NCBI GenBank assembly: GCA_032718475.1
Contig: JAUCBJ010005809.1
Location: forward strand, 35,228 to 99,227
Reading direction: 5' to 3'
Length of the DNA: 64,000 nt
Source of the DNA: Nemertoderma westbladi
Lineage: Eukaryota; Animalia; Xenacoelomorpha
Shown: positions 13,336 to 26,109 of the stretch, in pieces
Layout: each line of letters starts with the position of its first letter
How positions within the stretch are numbered: the stretch's first letter is position 1
Notes under the pieces: model-generated
Told to the model about the DNA's origin: nothing
What the model saw: only the letters and a program-made list of their open reading frames with translations
Databases searched by the model: none
Made by a program: the position numbers and the translations under genes

Positions 13336-14626
13336 TATTGTTTTATTTGAAAAAGATCACTTAAAAAAATTTGTTAACAATTTTTTTCAGAAAAAAAATT
13401 AGTTGAAAAAATACTTTTTTTAAATAAGTTTCTGGAAATCGGTGAAAAAAAGCTGATTAATTAACTCAATTTTAAAAATATTAGTGAGAAAAAGAGCCTT
13501 TTTCAAATAAAAATTAGTTATGTAATTAAATAATGTTTGGTTCATCCAAAATGGGGCATGAATCCAAAATTGTAATTTGTTGTCTATTCTATAAAGTCGT
13601 ACGGTACCAAATTAATATTGATTATTCTTCAACTTTTGGAGCTGAATCGAAATAAAGCACCTTCAGAACCATGAAATATAGTTACGCAGTGGGACAGTTT
13701 TATTCAAAATGAATCACATATTATATTTTGGTGTCTTTGCGGACTTCTACAGTACTGGGCACATATCCTATGAAATGCTTATTCGGCGTAGCATCTACAG
13801 TATGTGGTACAGTAGGCTATACTGCAAGTGTCTGATGTTAATAAATATTTTAATTTATAATTTATATTTAAAATTTCAATTATAGGATAAAAAATACAAA
13901 AACCATATTTGGGACTATTTTTGTGCAGAATTTAATGGCAAATTCGAATATTTAATTTATACCTTCTAAATATGTTTAGTTTTGGATATATGGTAATTTT
14001 ACCATGACTTATTTTCATAAAAATAAAATTAACATTATTTTCCCGAAAAATTAATGTGTTGTGTTTCCCAACAAACACAGACTAGATTTTGCCAAACATC
14101 ACAGCTGAACTCGGAAATAAAATCATTGACTGCGAAAAATCCGGTAATAAACATATCGTGTTTATTTTGTATGTAGGCGGGCATTCCAACAGACAGAAAG
14201 ACAGACAGACAGAGAGTCAGACTGATAGATAAACCGACAAGATTCAACCAAAAATTAAAACTGACACGTCGGAAATTAAATCACCTACCATGAAAACTAC
14301 CAAATCGAAACTTTTAGCTAAGTCGTGTGTTTTATTTTATTTCGAAGGACAAACCAACAGACAGACAGACATTCCGACAGACAGCCATGCCTGCAGATTA
14401 TATTTTGCCAAACTTGTAAAGTGACATCATAATTGAAATCAACAACCACAAAAACCCCCGTAGTGAAAATGACAGCTGTCTGCGTCCTTAATAAATAACA
14501 TTCATAAATGTATATTTTAATTTATTCATATTACTGTAGCAGTCACATACAGACAGACAGACTATTTTGCGCAATCAATGCGTTTGAAATGTTCAGTGAA
14601 CGGTCTTGACATATTACCCATAAAAA

Positions 14627-15733
14627 ACCAGTACCTCCGTAGGCAAGGCACTACACCTATGGTCTCTCTTTTACAACCAGTACCTCCGTAGGCATTACAC
14701 CTATGGTCTCTCTTTTACAACCAGTACCTCCGTAGGCACTACACCTATGGTCTCTCTTTTACAACCAGTACCTCCGTAGGCACTACACCTATGGTCTCTC
14801 TTTTACAACCAGTACCTCCGTAGGCACTACACCTATGGTCTCTCTTTTACAACCAGTACCTCCGTAGGCACTACACCTATGGTCTCAAACCAGTACCTCC
14901 GTAGGCACTACACCTATGGTCTCTCTTTTACAACCAGTACCTCCGTAGGCACTACACCTATGGTCTCTCTTTTACAACCAGTACCTCCGTAGGCACTACA
15001 CCTATGGTCTCTCTTTTACAACCAGTACCTCCGTAGGCACTACACCTATGGTCTCTCTTTTACAACCAGTACCTCCGTAGGCACTACACCTATGGTCTCT
15101 CTTTTACAACCAGTACCTCCGTAGGCACTACACCTATGGTCTCTCTTTTACAACCAGTACCTCCGTATGCACTACACCTATGGTCTCTCTTTTACAACCA
15201 GTACCTCCGTAGGCACTACACCTATGGTCTCTCTTTTACAACCAGTACCTCCGTAGGCACTACACCTATGGTCTCTCTTTTACAACCAGTACCTCCGTAG
15301 GCACTACACCTATGGTCTCTCTTTTACAACCAGTACCTCCGTAGGCACTACACCTATGGTCTCTCTTTTACAACCAGTACCTCCGTAGGCACTACACCTA
15401 TGGTCTCTCTTTTACAACCAGTACCTCCGTAGGCACTACACCTATGGTCTCTCTTTTACAACCAGTACCTCCGTAGGCACTACACCTATGGTCTCTCTTT
15501 TACAACCAGTACCTCCGTAGGCACTACACCTATGGTCTCTCTTTTACAACCAGTACCTCCGTAGGCACTACACCTATGGTCTCTCTTTTACAACCAGTAC
15601 CTCCGTAGGCACTACACCTATGGTCTCTCTTTTACATTTATTAAACCAGTACCTCCGTAGGCACTACACCTATGGTCTCTCTTTTACAACCAGTACCTCC
15701 GTAGGCACTACACCTATGGTCTCTCTTTTACAA
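14627..15733. repeat. 44-bp minisatellite (ACCAGTACCTCCGTAGGCACTACACCTATGGTCTCTCTTTTACA), about 25 copies
   Basis: Unit starts at 14676 and 14720 give period 44. Units are almost invariant, with one shortened unit near 14885. Confidence 0.98.
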
Positions 15734-16899
15734 TTATTAATTCCGGAATCTTTTTTGCTTTTACTGTTAAGGAAAGGGGAATAGAATGCAAAGGTGACAA
15801 CAATCGACATCCCCTTTTCGAAAAATAATGCTGCTAATAATAATATGATAATATACACCCCCAAGCGGGGTAAAGTGGAAACTTGAAGGAATGATAAACA
15901 TTTACTGTATGTTAAAACGGAAAAATAAATAAAATAAGTTTATAAAATAGAGTAATCTTAAGAAGTGGCAAGGGTGGCAAGATACGAACACTGTGGATAG
16001 TTGAGGGCGTTGTACATATCGCTGGGTGAGTCGCAGTATCGGTAGAGGCACTCGGAGGAAATCGCGTAGAAGGGAACAGTGGCAATACAGATCAGGTGGT
16101 GGTAACCATGCGCTATAGCGCGGATCACGTGATGGTGGTTCCGTGGCCCGGTTCACGTGATGGTGGTTCCGTGGCCCGACCCGCTTCCATGCAGAACTGG
16201 TGTATCCTGTACCATCGATATAATGTTCCGAAGTGAAATTTGTGAACATTCTATAAGCGGAAGTGACGTCATCATCAAACCTGGCCGGGAATTTTGATAT
16301 TACAGTTTCCATGGAGAGATCTGAGGTGTTGTGTTTTAATTTGATCGCGTTTTGAGGTTTTTTTAATGTAAGGTGTTTACCGATGCTAGTTATGAGGCGA
16401 TGAGATCGAGGGCTGCGGGGGCGGGTGCTGCTTTCATGTTGATAATGCTGCTATTTAACATTTAATGTGAATGGACGTGGGTGGGTAGTTCGCCTGTACT
16501 TGAACAATGCGCATTGGCGCTATAAAAATACTATCAGCATTATAGTTCATTAATTATGCGAAGTGCAATAGTTTCCTTGCGACGTGGCCTTCTCCGTGGC
16601 CTGTGTGACCTTGTTCGATTTCCTCTGAAGAAAACGATAAAAACATCGACTTCTTTAAGGTTTCGGACGATGAACTTTTGTATATCGCTTAATTTATCAA
16701 GTTATATCTCACACGCTTCCGATTAGAGACTATATGGGGAATTATATTATGGCGACGTAGGTATTGGTTCCAATTAACGTGGTATTTGAGTTTTACAATC
16801 TTACCTCGTCGTACTCTCTCATCATCTATGTCTTCTATTATTACAAAATATTCAGAAATTCATTTGTGTTCCTAATCATCCTAATTCATGAATTCTGAA

Positions 16900-17810
16900 T
16901 GGATAAAGAAGAAATCGAAGTACATTGCTGATGATACAAAATCGTTAGCTACCGGTATTAGTAACCATGGTGAAAATCGCAACATACAAATAGATATTGA
17001 CAATCTTGTAAAATGGGCGGATAATAGTGGACTACGGTTCATTGCTGACAAATGCAAACAAATGGCAGTGAAACACGATTTCTATACGGTGACATAATGG
17101 AACGCACAAACAACGAACGAGATCTAGTATAACAATTTTAGCGAAACTAACATGGGCGGGGTGATCATATATATGATCGCTGTAAGAAGGTAAATCATCA
17201 TGATAAAGAGGAACTGTTCAGTGTTCACGACGCATAAAATCAGAAAACAGATTAAACTTATATAAGTCAAAGGTTTTACCAGTAATAATGAACGTATCAC
17301 AATGTTGGTAACTACTATTCTAAGAGTTAGTTAATCTCAAATCAGTCGAGTCGGTTCAGTGTCGTACATCGGATTGGATATTGGAATATCCAAATATATC
17401 ATATACAAATAGATTGATCCAACTAATTATTTTACCAATATCTCTATACATTCAGCTCACTGATCTTATTTCCCTCTCAGAAATTATAATTGATTGGTAT
17501 AATTTATTTTGGCGCGATCGTATAACATTGAATCTACATCATCCCGTACAAACGGGGTCCAGCATGGTTAGTTATAATAATTCCAAGTTTAAAATACCAC
17601 GAAAGTTTCCCTGTGAACAAAACTTTTGTTATATTGCACCTTTAATGGCCAATTCTTTACCTTCTAATGTTAGATTTCCCAACAAGGTTGGCATTAAGGA
17701 GAGACTTATAGACTTCTTCTAGAGGTATTTTTAATCTAACTACCCCATTGATAACACATGTACTTGTACTTGGTATGTAAACTGTAGATGTTCTAGATAG
17801 AACTGCCGTT
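16900..17810 (+). mobile_element. Degraded CR1/L2-group LINE 3' portion
   Basis: YIADDTK...IQIDIDNLVKWADNSGLRFIADKCK (RT xADD region), then ERDL and further C-terminal remnants broken by stops and frameshifts. Confidence 0.8.
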
Positions 17811-17954
17811 TAGCAACGTTTAGAAAGGATAACGCCAGGATACCGCCAATTATGTAACAATGTGTGAATTTCGTTTAGAAACAACTGAGATATAGGCGTT
17901 TAAAAATTGCAAAACTTATCAGTCGCTGGAGGCTATTTATTCTTCTAATCAATA

Positions 17955-18039
17955 AATACGGTGGAACGAATACGGTGGAACGAATACGGCGGAACGAATA
18001 CGGTGGAACGAATATGGTGGACCGAATACGGTGGAACGA
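17955..18039. repeat. 14-bp tandem repeat GAATACGGTGGAAC, about 6 copies
   Basis: Direct reading. Confidence 0.9.
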
Positions 18040-18581
18040 TGTCTAATTCTTCAATATTTGAACGCATATTTCTCAGCTGTTTTTCAACGAAATCCAAATA
18101 TTGTTACATATTTGGAATCCTTGCAACGCAAGCTTTATATTGATATGAAAAAATTACGACTAATGTGAAGAATGGCCACGATTCGAAACCGCTTATAAAT
18201 AAAATTTAAATGCAAAATCGAAAATTCCGGCTTCATGGTAACAATCACGGTGAGTTGAACTAGTTGTGTTTCAAATTTCAAGCAATATGATAAAGATTTG
18301 TAGAAAAATCTGGGGGGGGGGGGGTCCGTGTCATCAGAAAATGACACTATATTACGGAACATATGGTGTATATGTGAAAACAATGTACTACATTAGTTTC
18401 CAAATTACCTGAGAAATTTGTCAAGCTATTTATATTGTAAATAACGCCCTTGTTAATAATATCAGGTTTTCCGGGCGAATTTTCATGAGAAAACTTGAAA
18501 ATTTGGATTGTCATTTTCTTTACTTTCTAAAATAATTGCAGGGGAGGAGAGAAAACTGATGTGAACGGAATCTCTGATTCA

Positions 18582-18678
18582 ACCAATAGGCTTCCGGAAT
18601 AAGTAACGCATTTCTCATAGCAACACCAATAGGCTTCCGGAATAAGTAACGCATTTCTCATAGCAACACCAATAGGCT
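18582..18678. repeat. 43-bp tandem duplication (2.3 copies)
   Basis: ACCAATAGGCT starts at 18582, 18625 and 18668. Confidence 0.9.
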
Positions 18679-19479
18679 CTCAGTGCGAACTAAGATCTGC
18701 CGTCAACAACTGTCATCTTCTTTGTCCTAAAAGTGGCAATACATAGAACTTATGGAAATTAATGTATTGTATCGCTTGTATGGCTAGAAGCGTGAGGAAC
18801 TTTTAAAAATACGCTTCCTTGGGCAAACAATTCACTTTTAGTAACGGTAGATTGCAGTAGATTGACAGTAAATAAATTCCATCCTAATTATTTTGATATA
18901 ATAAACCAACAATTTGTATTCAATATAGGCTTATCGTTGATTGTACCGGGATAGCTAAGTATAACCTACAGTAGGCCTACAGTAAGTAAGCAGGTCATGG
19001 TATAACATTTTTACTAGACTTTTTAAATAATAATAATATTACCAACATTGTTTGCACTAAAGAAGATTTACGCTGCAGAAGTGCTTGAAATTTTAAAGAT
19101 TTTATGGTGAGTTGGGAGTTAGATCCACAATAGTTACTGTGCATTCATAAACTTGTGGTTAACCGGGGTGACTACAAAACAAAGACCACAGACCAAGACC
19201 CAAGACTTTACTGCCCGTTCTGTTCAAAACAAAGGGATAAAGTCGCGTTATGTTCCAAAGAGCGTTAGGTCCCAAAGAGCGATAGGTCCCATTGTCATTT
19301 AAAGGAGCAGGTTAGTAAAGGAGGAGGTTACAGAGGCGTGTTGGTGGAACCAAAACAATAAACATTAACACAAGTGTTTCGTACAGGTGTTTATTATTTG
19401 GGTCTTTGTTTTGTAGAAACCCTGGGTAAACTTAGTAAATTACCATAATAACAAATAATAAACCTTTACCACATAAAGG

Positions 19480-19761
19480 GTTCCACCTTGGTGTAGTGGT
19501 TGCATTGAATTCACATCTCCCGTAGGTCGTGGGTTCGATCCTCACACGGGCCATGGCAGTTTTCGTTTCGGCACGAATGCTTTAAAGGGACCAGCCAGGG
19601 CGCATCTCTGCCTTGCATCCTTAAGTGGTAGATAAATGAGTACTGGAGTTTCCTCTGGGGAGTAAAGTTCTGGGGGGACCGCACTGGAAATAAGTCGAAA
19701 ATTTTGTGCGTAATCCCTGGCCTATCGGCCGAAGAAAATTTACTTTACTTTTCTTTACTTT
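19480..19761 (+). mobile_element. tRNA-derived SINE, apparently full length
   Basis: A box TGGTGTAGTGG (19489-19499), B box GGTTCGATCC (19532-19541), central GCCTTGCATCCTT..GTGGTAGATAAATGAGTAC domain and (TTTAC)n tail. Confidence 0.85.
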
Positions 19762-22700
19762 AAACAGTATTATATTCTACAATATCAACATAACTAAGTG
19801 GACGCGTCGCATTTTAACGTGTTGGGAGCGAGTCAAAATTGCGATCCATCAGCGAACAGTTATAATTATACTTTGGCCTTTTTCTAGAAGTCAGTGGCGG
19901 TGGGGGGTTTGTAAGTGTGTTTTTTTTTACAAAGATATGCATTGTGCTTTAAATGCAATCAATATTTTTTAATATCCCTAGAACAAAAGAATAGCTGTCA
20001 TATTCCAGACCACTTTCTATACCATAAGTAACTATGGGCCATTTTCACCAATAATGGTAATATTTATAATTTTCGGCTATTGTTCTATATATATATATAT
20101 ATTCCGGCCTTCCTTCCCAGCTACTCAACACATTCAGAGTTCGCGATCACCCATTTAGATCCCAAATTAATCTGCACTATCAATACTAGTAGTATCTTTT
20201 ACATGAAATTTTTACCGGGTGGCTGTTATAGAAGAGGAAAATTCAAAGCCTGATGAGATCTGAGATGACAGTGAGCAGAAGACACATAAGTCGTGCATGA
20301 AGGGTCGTGCAGTCTTTACTTTCTTTTCCTTCTTTACGTCTCCTTTATTTCCTCTTAACCCCCCCCCCCCCCCCCCCCACCCCCCCCCCATATTGGATAT
20401 TATTTGCAGGATATAAGCGCTAGTGATATATATTTTTCATACGATATAACAACAAAGGTTATTGTTTTGGTTAGAAAAAGCCGTCTCTATTACCTGCTCC
20501 TTACTCTCAATTGATAACAACATCGTTTATTGTTTTGGTTAGAAAAAGCCGTTTCTAAAACCTGCTCCATTCCCTCAATTGGTAACAACATCGTTTATTG
20601 TTTTGGTTAGAAAAAGCCGTTTCTAAAAGCCTTTCCCTCAATTGGTAACTAAAATGGTTACTAACATGAATCATTTTCTGTGATGGGGGGGGGGGGGGGG
20701 GGTAACAGGAATGGGTAAATTGGTAAATTCATCATTGGTAAATTATTATCATAAACATAAGTAATTATATTCTGCACTATTGTGAAAGTAAGCGAGACAC
20801 TCCAATCTTTGGAGCGTTTATTCCAATCAGGTGAGCAATCGGCAACTAAATGGATATCCTGTGTTGTAAAACCAATTATTCTTGTCTAACTATTTTGAGA
20901 ATTTTACGCCTAATTACAAAATATAAATTAAGAGACGCACCCCCATCGAGTTGTCGGCGTACAATTGCTCCTCTTCATCACGTTTAATAGAAATTGTTTC
21001 AAAGGTATTTGTAATCATTTCCCCGAATCCGGTAAGAATGTGTTAATTGGTAAACCACAGCTGCACAGGATGTTAACAATTTAATAAATGTCAAAACCCC
21101 CACTGTTTGAAGCGTGCGTAACTGACTGCATACGATGTATATTTCATTAAGAATGAAAAATTCTGACGTATGATTTGAGATTCTGGCGTATTGGTAACTG
21201 CAAACTATTTAATATTATATTATATGTGATACAGAGTATTGCGTAAATCTAGCTACACTAGAGATAGAGTAGAGAGATATGATGAGATTCTGTTTTTCAG
21301 TATTAAGATGCCCCAATTACTCAAGGTGCAAAACAAAGAATTTAACCCAATATCGCTCACTAGCACATATGTTTATAAGTTTAAATTCAAAGTTATAAGA
21401 CGAATTTGTACAAATTATATCTAGCTTTAGAATAATGAAATATATCCCCTGCATTCGTGGCGTCTTAATAAAGTGAAAAATACCTTAACAAATGAAAATA
21501 CTTGTGTTAGAGGATACGCCCTTTAGATTCATGTGACAAGGTCGACCAACACATTCGCATATATATTATTATGCATGTAGCCTATGCAAAACATTGTTAT
21601 CATATTTGAAAAGGTCATTCCGTTTCATATCTTTCAAGACCCATAACATTAAAAATCGTTGTGACCGTAATGGCCTGCAGTGGTTGATGTAGATGAGTTT
21701 AACGCAATCAGGTGGCCGTGATGCACAATTATGGAACATTTTCACAGTTTGATATCTAACAACTAATTGGGTGGCTTGTTAAGTGAGTTCAGAGGACAGG
21801 AAAAATTGCACTCAGTAAGGGTAGCCCATTCGACGCCTGTTTTCTTAATTGCATTTAGTATTGGAGTTTACGAATATTGAATTACTGTAATGCTCTTGAA
21901 TCGGCTGCTTTCTAACTGATACATTAAGTTTTCTTTACAAGCAACATACATTTCATCACGCCCTTTTACATATATGTCAATCGATAAACCCAGTAATTGG
22001 AACAGAACAGCATTAATCAGTCATTATTTTCGTGACAATATTGACATATACGCAACGCATGACGCATCTCTAGTGCATTCGTTAAAAGTTGACTATAGAT
22101 TCAAAAGTTATACTAAAAATTCAATTAATAAGGGAGACATGATCTACCTCAAATGAGACTCTCAAAAAACTTGTCTAAATCATGATGTTTGTGAATCGAT
22201 AATGAATGTTGGTATGGCTAGCAGTATAAAATTTACATGTTAGACAAATCTAGGTGGCTTGGCGATACAGATGTGTTTGTTGTGTGATAGTGATATGATG
22301 TGTTTGATATGATATATTTGATTTGGTTGATAACGTGTCGTCAAATACATAGACAATTGTTCACTGTTCAGTGTGCACTACTAGCAGTAACAAGTAACAC
22401 TAGCAAGCAACACCCCACCCACAACATACAAGACACTGGGACAGCGGACAGCGGGGACGATAAGCCGGGTACGGTTCTGATACAGTACTACACCCACACC
22501 AGCACAGACTGCACAATGTTGTTTACTGGCCTAATGATAATTTTGCACTGTGTCTAAACACGCACTTTCGTTGTTGCAAGTTCAGAAGTTGTCTGTACAC
22601 ATTACCTCGGACAGTCGGACCTCGCACTTTTAATTCTAAATCGTGCAAAATTACAGCGTTTACAAACGGAACGGCCAGAAGACGTTGCTATATCTTATAT

Positions 22701-25398
22701 CAAACTAGCTAAGTGTTAATATTTAGGTAGTCTGGTACCGTACCAGTAATTGCTGCACTGCAGTAGTGTAAGCGACTACTGTAGTAGTAGTAACCGACTA
22801 CTGTAGCACTGTAAGCCTACTTGAATATTTGAAAATGGAAACATGGGCACAATGAGGAGCGTGCTGTGTTTAATGTCTCCTACACATACTAGGCCATTAC
22901 AAATTTCCTACAATATCAATATTTATGTTCTGTGCTTTGTGGAACTACTGTTCGTGACGTAAATCAAATCTATAAAAAGCCCTTTTCGGAGAACATAAAT
23001 AATATTAAGAGGAAATAACGTTTTATTATTATTTTAATGGTTTATTGATTAATTTGGATTCGTTTAGACCACATTGCTGTCCAGTGTCCATGTCCAAGTG
23101 GCGCCTAAAAATAAATAAAAGTTGCTACACATAATTATTGATTAACTTAACAAAGTGATTATGTAGCTGACGTCAATTTAACACGCAATAACTAAAATAA
23201 ATATAATGATAATAAGTAAATCACTGTTGCGTTAGCCAAAGTTTAGCTTAATGTAGCAGTAGCATATTATTGTGGGGGGCGTCTACATTTAGGGCTCATC
23301 CTTAGGCACCCATGGAAAAATTCAAATTATTTAATGGTCTCTGTAATCTGCCACATTTCGTAGCATATGATTGAAATGTTGAAAAATTAGGGGAGGGGGC
23401 TCCGACTTGCTAAAAATAGTTGTTGTATTAAGGGAGATGGTTTAATTTAAACACCATGCAGTATTAAATTGGGGGTTCAACTTAAAAATTGAGGATAGAA
23501 AAATATGGTTGCAAAATAAAAAGTATTGAAAGGAAAACCAAAATAACAAATACAAAATATTCAAATTATAATTTCCCTAAAATGGCAACCTGCTTCATAA
23601 ATTATTTCGCGGCTGTTGCGATTAGAGCTTAAACCCAGAATTATAATTCTAAAACCAAAGCTCTTATCTGCGCCACGCGATGCCTTATCATTCAAGGAAA
23701 CTGAAAAGCTTTTGAAAAAAGTCTTGTGGTTGAACACACCCGATATAATCGGACAAACAATATCCGCAATAATTTCGGTATTACGAGCGAGATTCCATGG
23801 TAAGCAAGGCATTATATTAGCTTTCTACTGAGGATTGATCATGTCCAACAACTAAACTATATATAAATTATATATATATATTCTAGGTCATGCGATAAAT
23901 TTACGATCTTGCATTAATTAATTTGTAAATAAAGATTATCATCGTACCCAATCTGGCACACCTGAGATTGGGTTGAAGAAATGAAAAAGAAGCTGTATGA
24001 TCTGAAGTTGATGTGATTCGGTTGGTATCTCAGGTTCAATCAGGAATTGTGTGATAAAGCCAATGCATGGCATAATATGTATAGGGTGAATCATATGGTG
24101 CGGGATTGATAATGCTTCATCGGTGGTATTTAGATTAATTAATGATAATTTAGCATTAAGTGTGATTCGAGAAAAAGGTTAATTTGTGTGATACTGTTTG
24201 TGAGTTACAGTTGTGATGTGAATATAAATAATATGAGAAAGAGTCTGAAATTACGAATGCGTTTTGAATTGGAAGAATGTATTATTTGTATAAGATGGTT
24301 CATAAGAAGAGATGTCTGGGGAGTGGGGGGGGGTGGGGGGGGGGGTGTGTTCTTGTTAGGCCCTGACTGCGAAGGATATCAGATTATTTTATGGTACATA
24401 TATAATAGTATATAATTTAATACATTGGAGTTGAAATATAAGAATGTCATTGGGAATTATTTTAGAATTGTGAAGCATGATGTAAGTGAAAGTCAATAAG
24501 TCATATATTTCGGCAAATACTTTATGGTTGAGCATGAGCACGGAGGCTACGGAAGATTGGTGCAGTATTCCGGAGTCCACCTAATTTTTCACCTAATGGA
24601 ATGATTCAAACACTAGACAAGCTCCAAACTTGCAGTCACCAGTACGATCCCACCTGGACAGAAATAGAAATCATAACCGTGATAGTTAATTGTGTAACAC
24701 GAAACCCTGGGGGCAACCACAAGTCGCTAATTGATATTATACCGGTATGTAAGGGCAAGAAGGCACCACTCAAACAGTCACACACCCAAAAAATACCTAT
24801 CCTCGAAGATAATCTTTCTAATGATTATGTTGTTCTGAAGGAAGTTGGAGTTGTTAAAGTAATGAAAATTAAAATGGGTGTGGAAATCGGCTGAATAAGA
24901 AATTCTCACCACCCACTCACCATGAGCACCTCATCGTAGCTCAGTGGGGAGGCGGCTGGTTTAGTAGGTTAATCCTCTTCGGCCTCAGCTATAAAACAAG
25001 GAACGAGAGCAGCTGCAATGTTACCTCGTATGCGAGCAAGGTGTGTAATCAATGTTATAGCCCAGTCGCTTTACCAAGAATAAATCGAGCGTGCGCTGCA
25101 AACAGGCCGGCCCACTTTATCCTTATCAGTCTTGCAAACCCCGAGGTTTTGTTTAGGGAATGAATGTGTGCAAGTATTTCCTGGGATTACAGGGATTACT
25201 GAGGAACTGGGAGGGCCTCTGTTATTTACTAATTGATTTGGCTGCGGATGTTCTTTTATCGACACTATGAAATGAACCAAAATTCAAGGAATATAGAACT
25301 GCGGTGCTTTCCCTCAAAGCTTAGCTGAAACATTCCAATGATCAGTCAGTCTCCTATATGTTTTTCATGATGGCGATTTGTGATATTTAGGTAGATGC

Positions 25399-25562
25399 AA
25401 AAAAGTAAAAAGTAAAGTTTTCTGGAGGCCACAAGGGATTAGGCACAATGTCTGACGACTTATTTCGAGTGCGGTGCCATGACCACCAGATCAACCCGTG
25501 ACCATCAGGACCAGAGATATGTGAATTCAAGGCAACTGATTTACCCACTAGGCCACTACTCC
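25399..25562 (-). mobile_element. Shorter copy of the same SINE family lacking the central domain
   Basis: Reverse complement reads TGGCCTAGTGG...TTGCCTTGAATTCACAT...GGGTTGATC...ACCGCACTCGAAATAAGTCG...GAAAACTTTAC, matching the head and 3' end of the 19480 copy. Confidence 0.75.
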
Positions 25563-26109
25563 AAGGATGGACTGGTTGAACAATAATTGAATTTGCTTAG
25601 AAGATATCTAGACTCAATTCCATATAAGAAGAGAAGAATCATATTCCACATGAAAGAATCACCTGTTTTATGTGGCGCCAATAATACGTCTCAGTTTAGT
25701 AGAAATATATAATTTATACAAGTAATTAAATTCTGACAAATGAGTGAGTCTTCATCAACTTATATCGAAGACGCAGAATAAACCAGACGGGATAATATTA
25801 TGAATAATACAAATTTCGCAATATTATGAATAATATAATAATGTCGCAGAGCAGAGTGAAAGAGCCCAATAAACGGTAGATGAGTTAGTGGACTGGCACG
25901 AGTTTCTCAAATATTAACAGTAATGCTATAGATAGATACCTTGATGACTGAATTGCAAAAGCTTAAAATATACTTACTATGTAATGTTCATATTGCAAAC
26001 CAGTATAACGATCGGAAACTCGAGTTTAGCATGTTTGCTGTGCTACATCTCAGTACTTCTCTGAAAAATGATTTCATATATCAGAGACATAGCCTATCTC
26101 AAACGCAGT

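Noticed and set aside
14627-15733. CRISPR-like array
   Set aside because: Units are head-to-tail with no unique spacers, there are no cas genes, and the context is eukaryotic.
20250-20280. Other CTGANGA motifs (also near 10487, 32761 and 33045) as additional hammerheads
   Set aside because: No stem II followed by GAAA and no closing stem I by manual inspection.
23560-23799. Upstream non-coding mGluR exon ending at ATG|GTAAGC (similar candidates near 22560-22730 and 33290-33385)
   Set aside because: Plausible but unsupported without transcript data.
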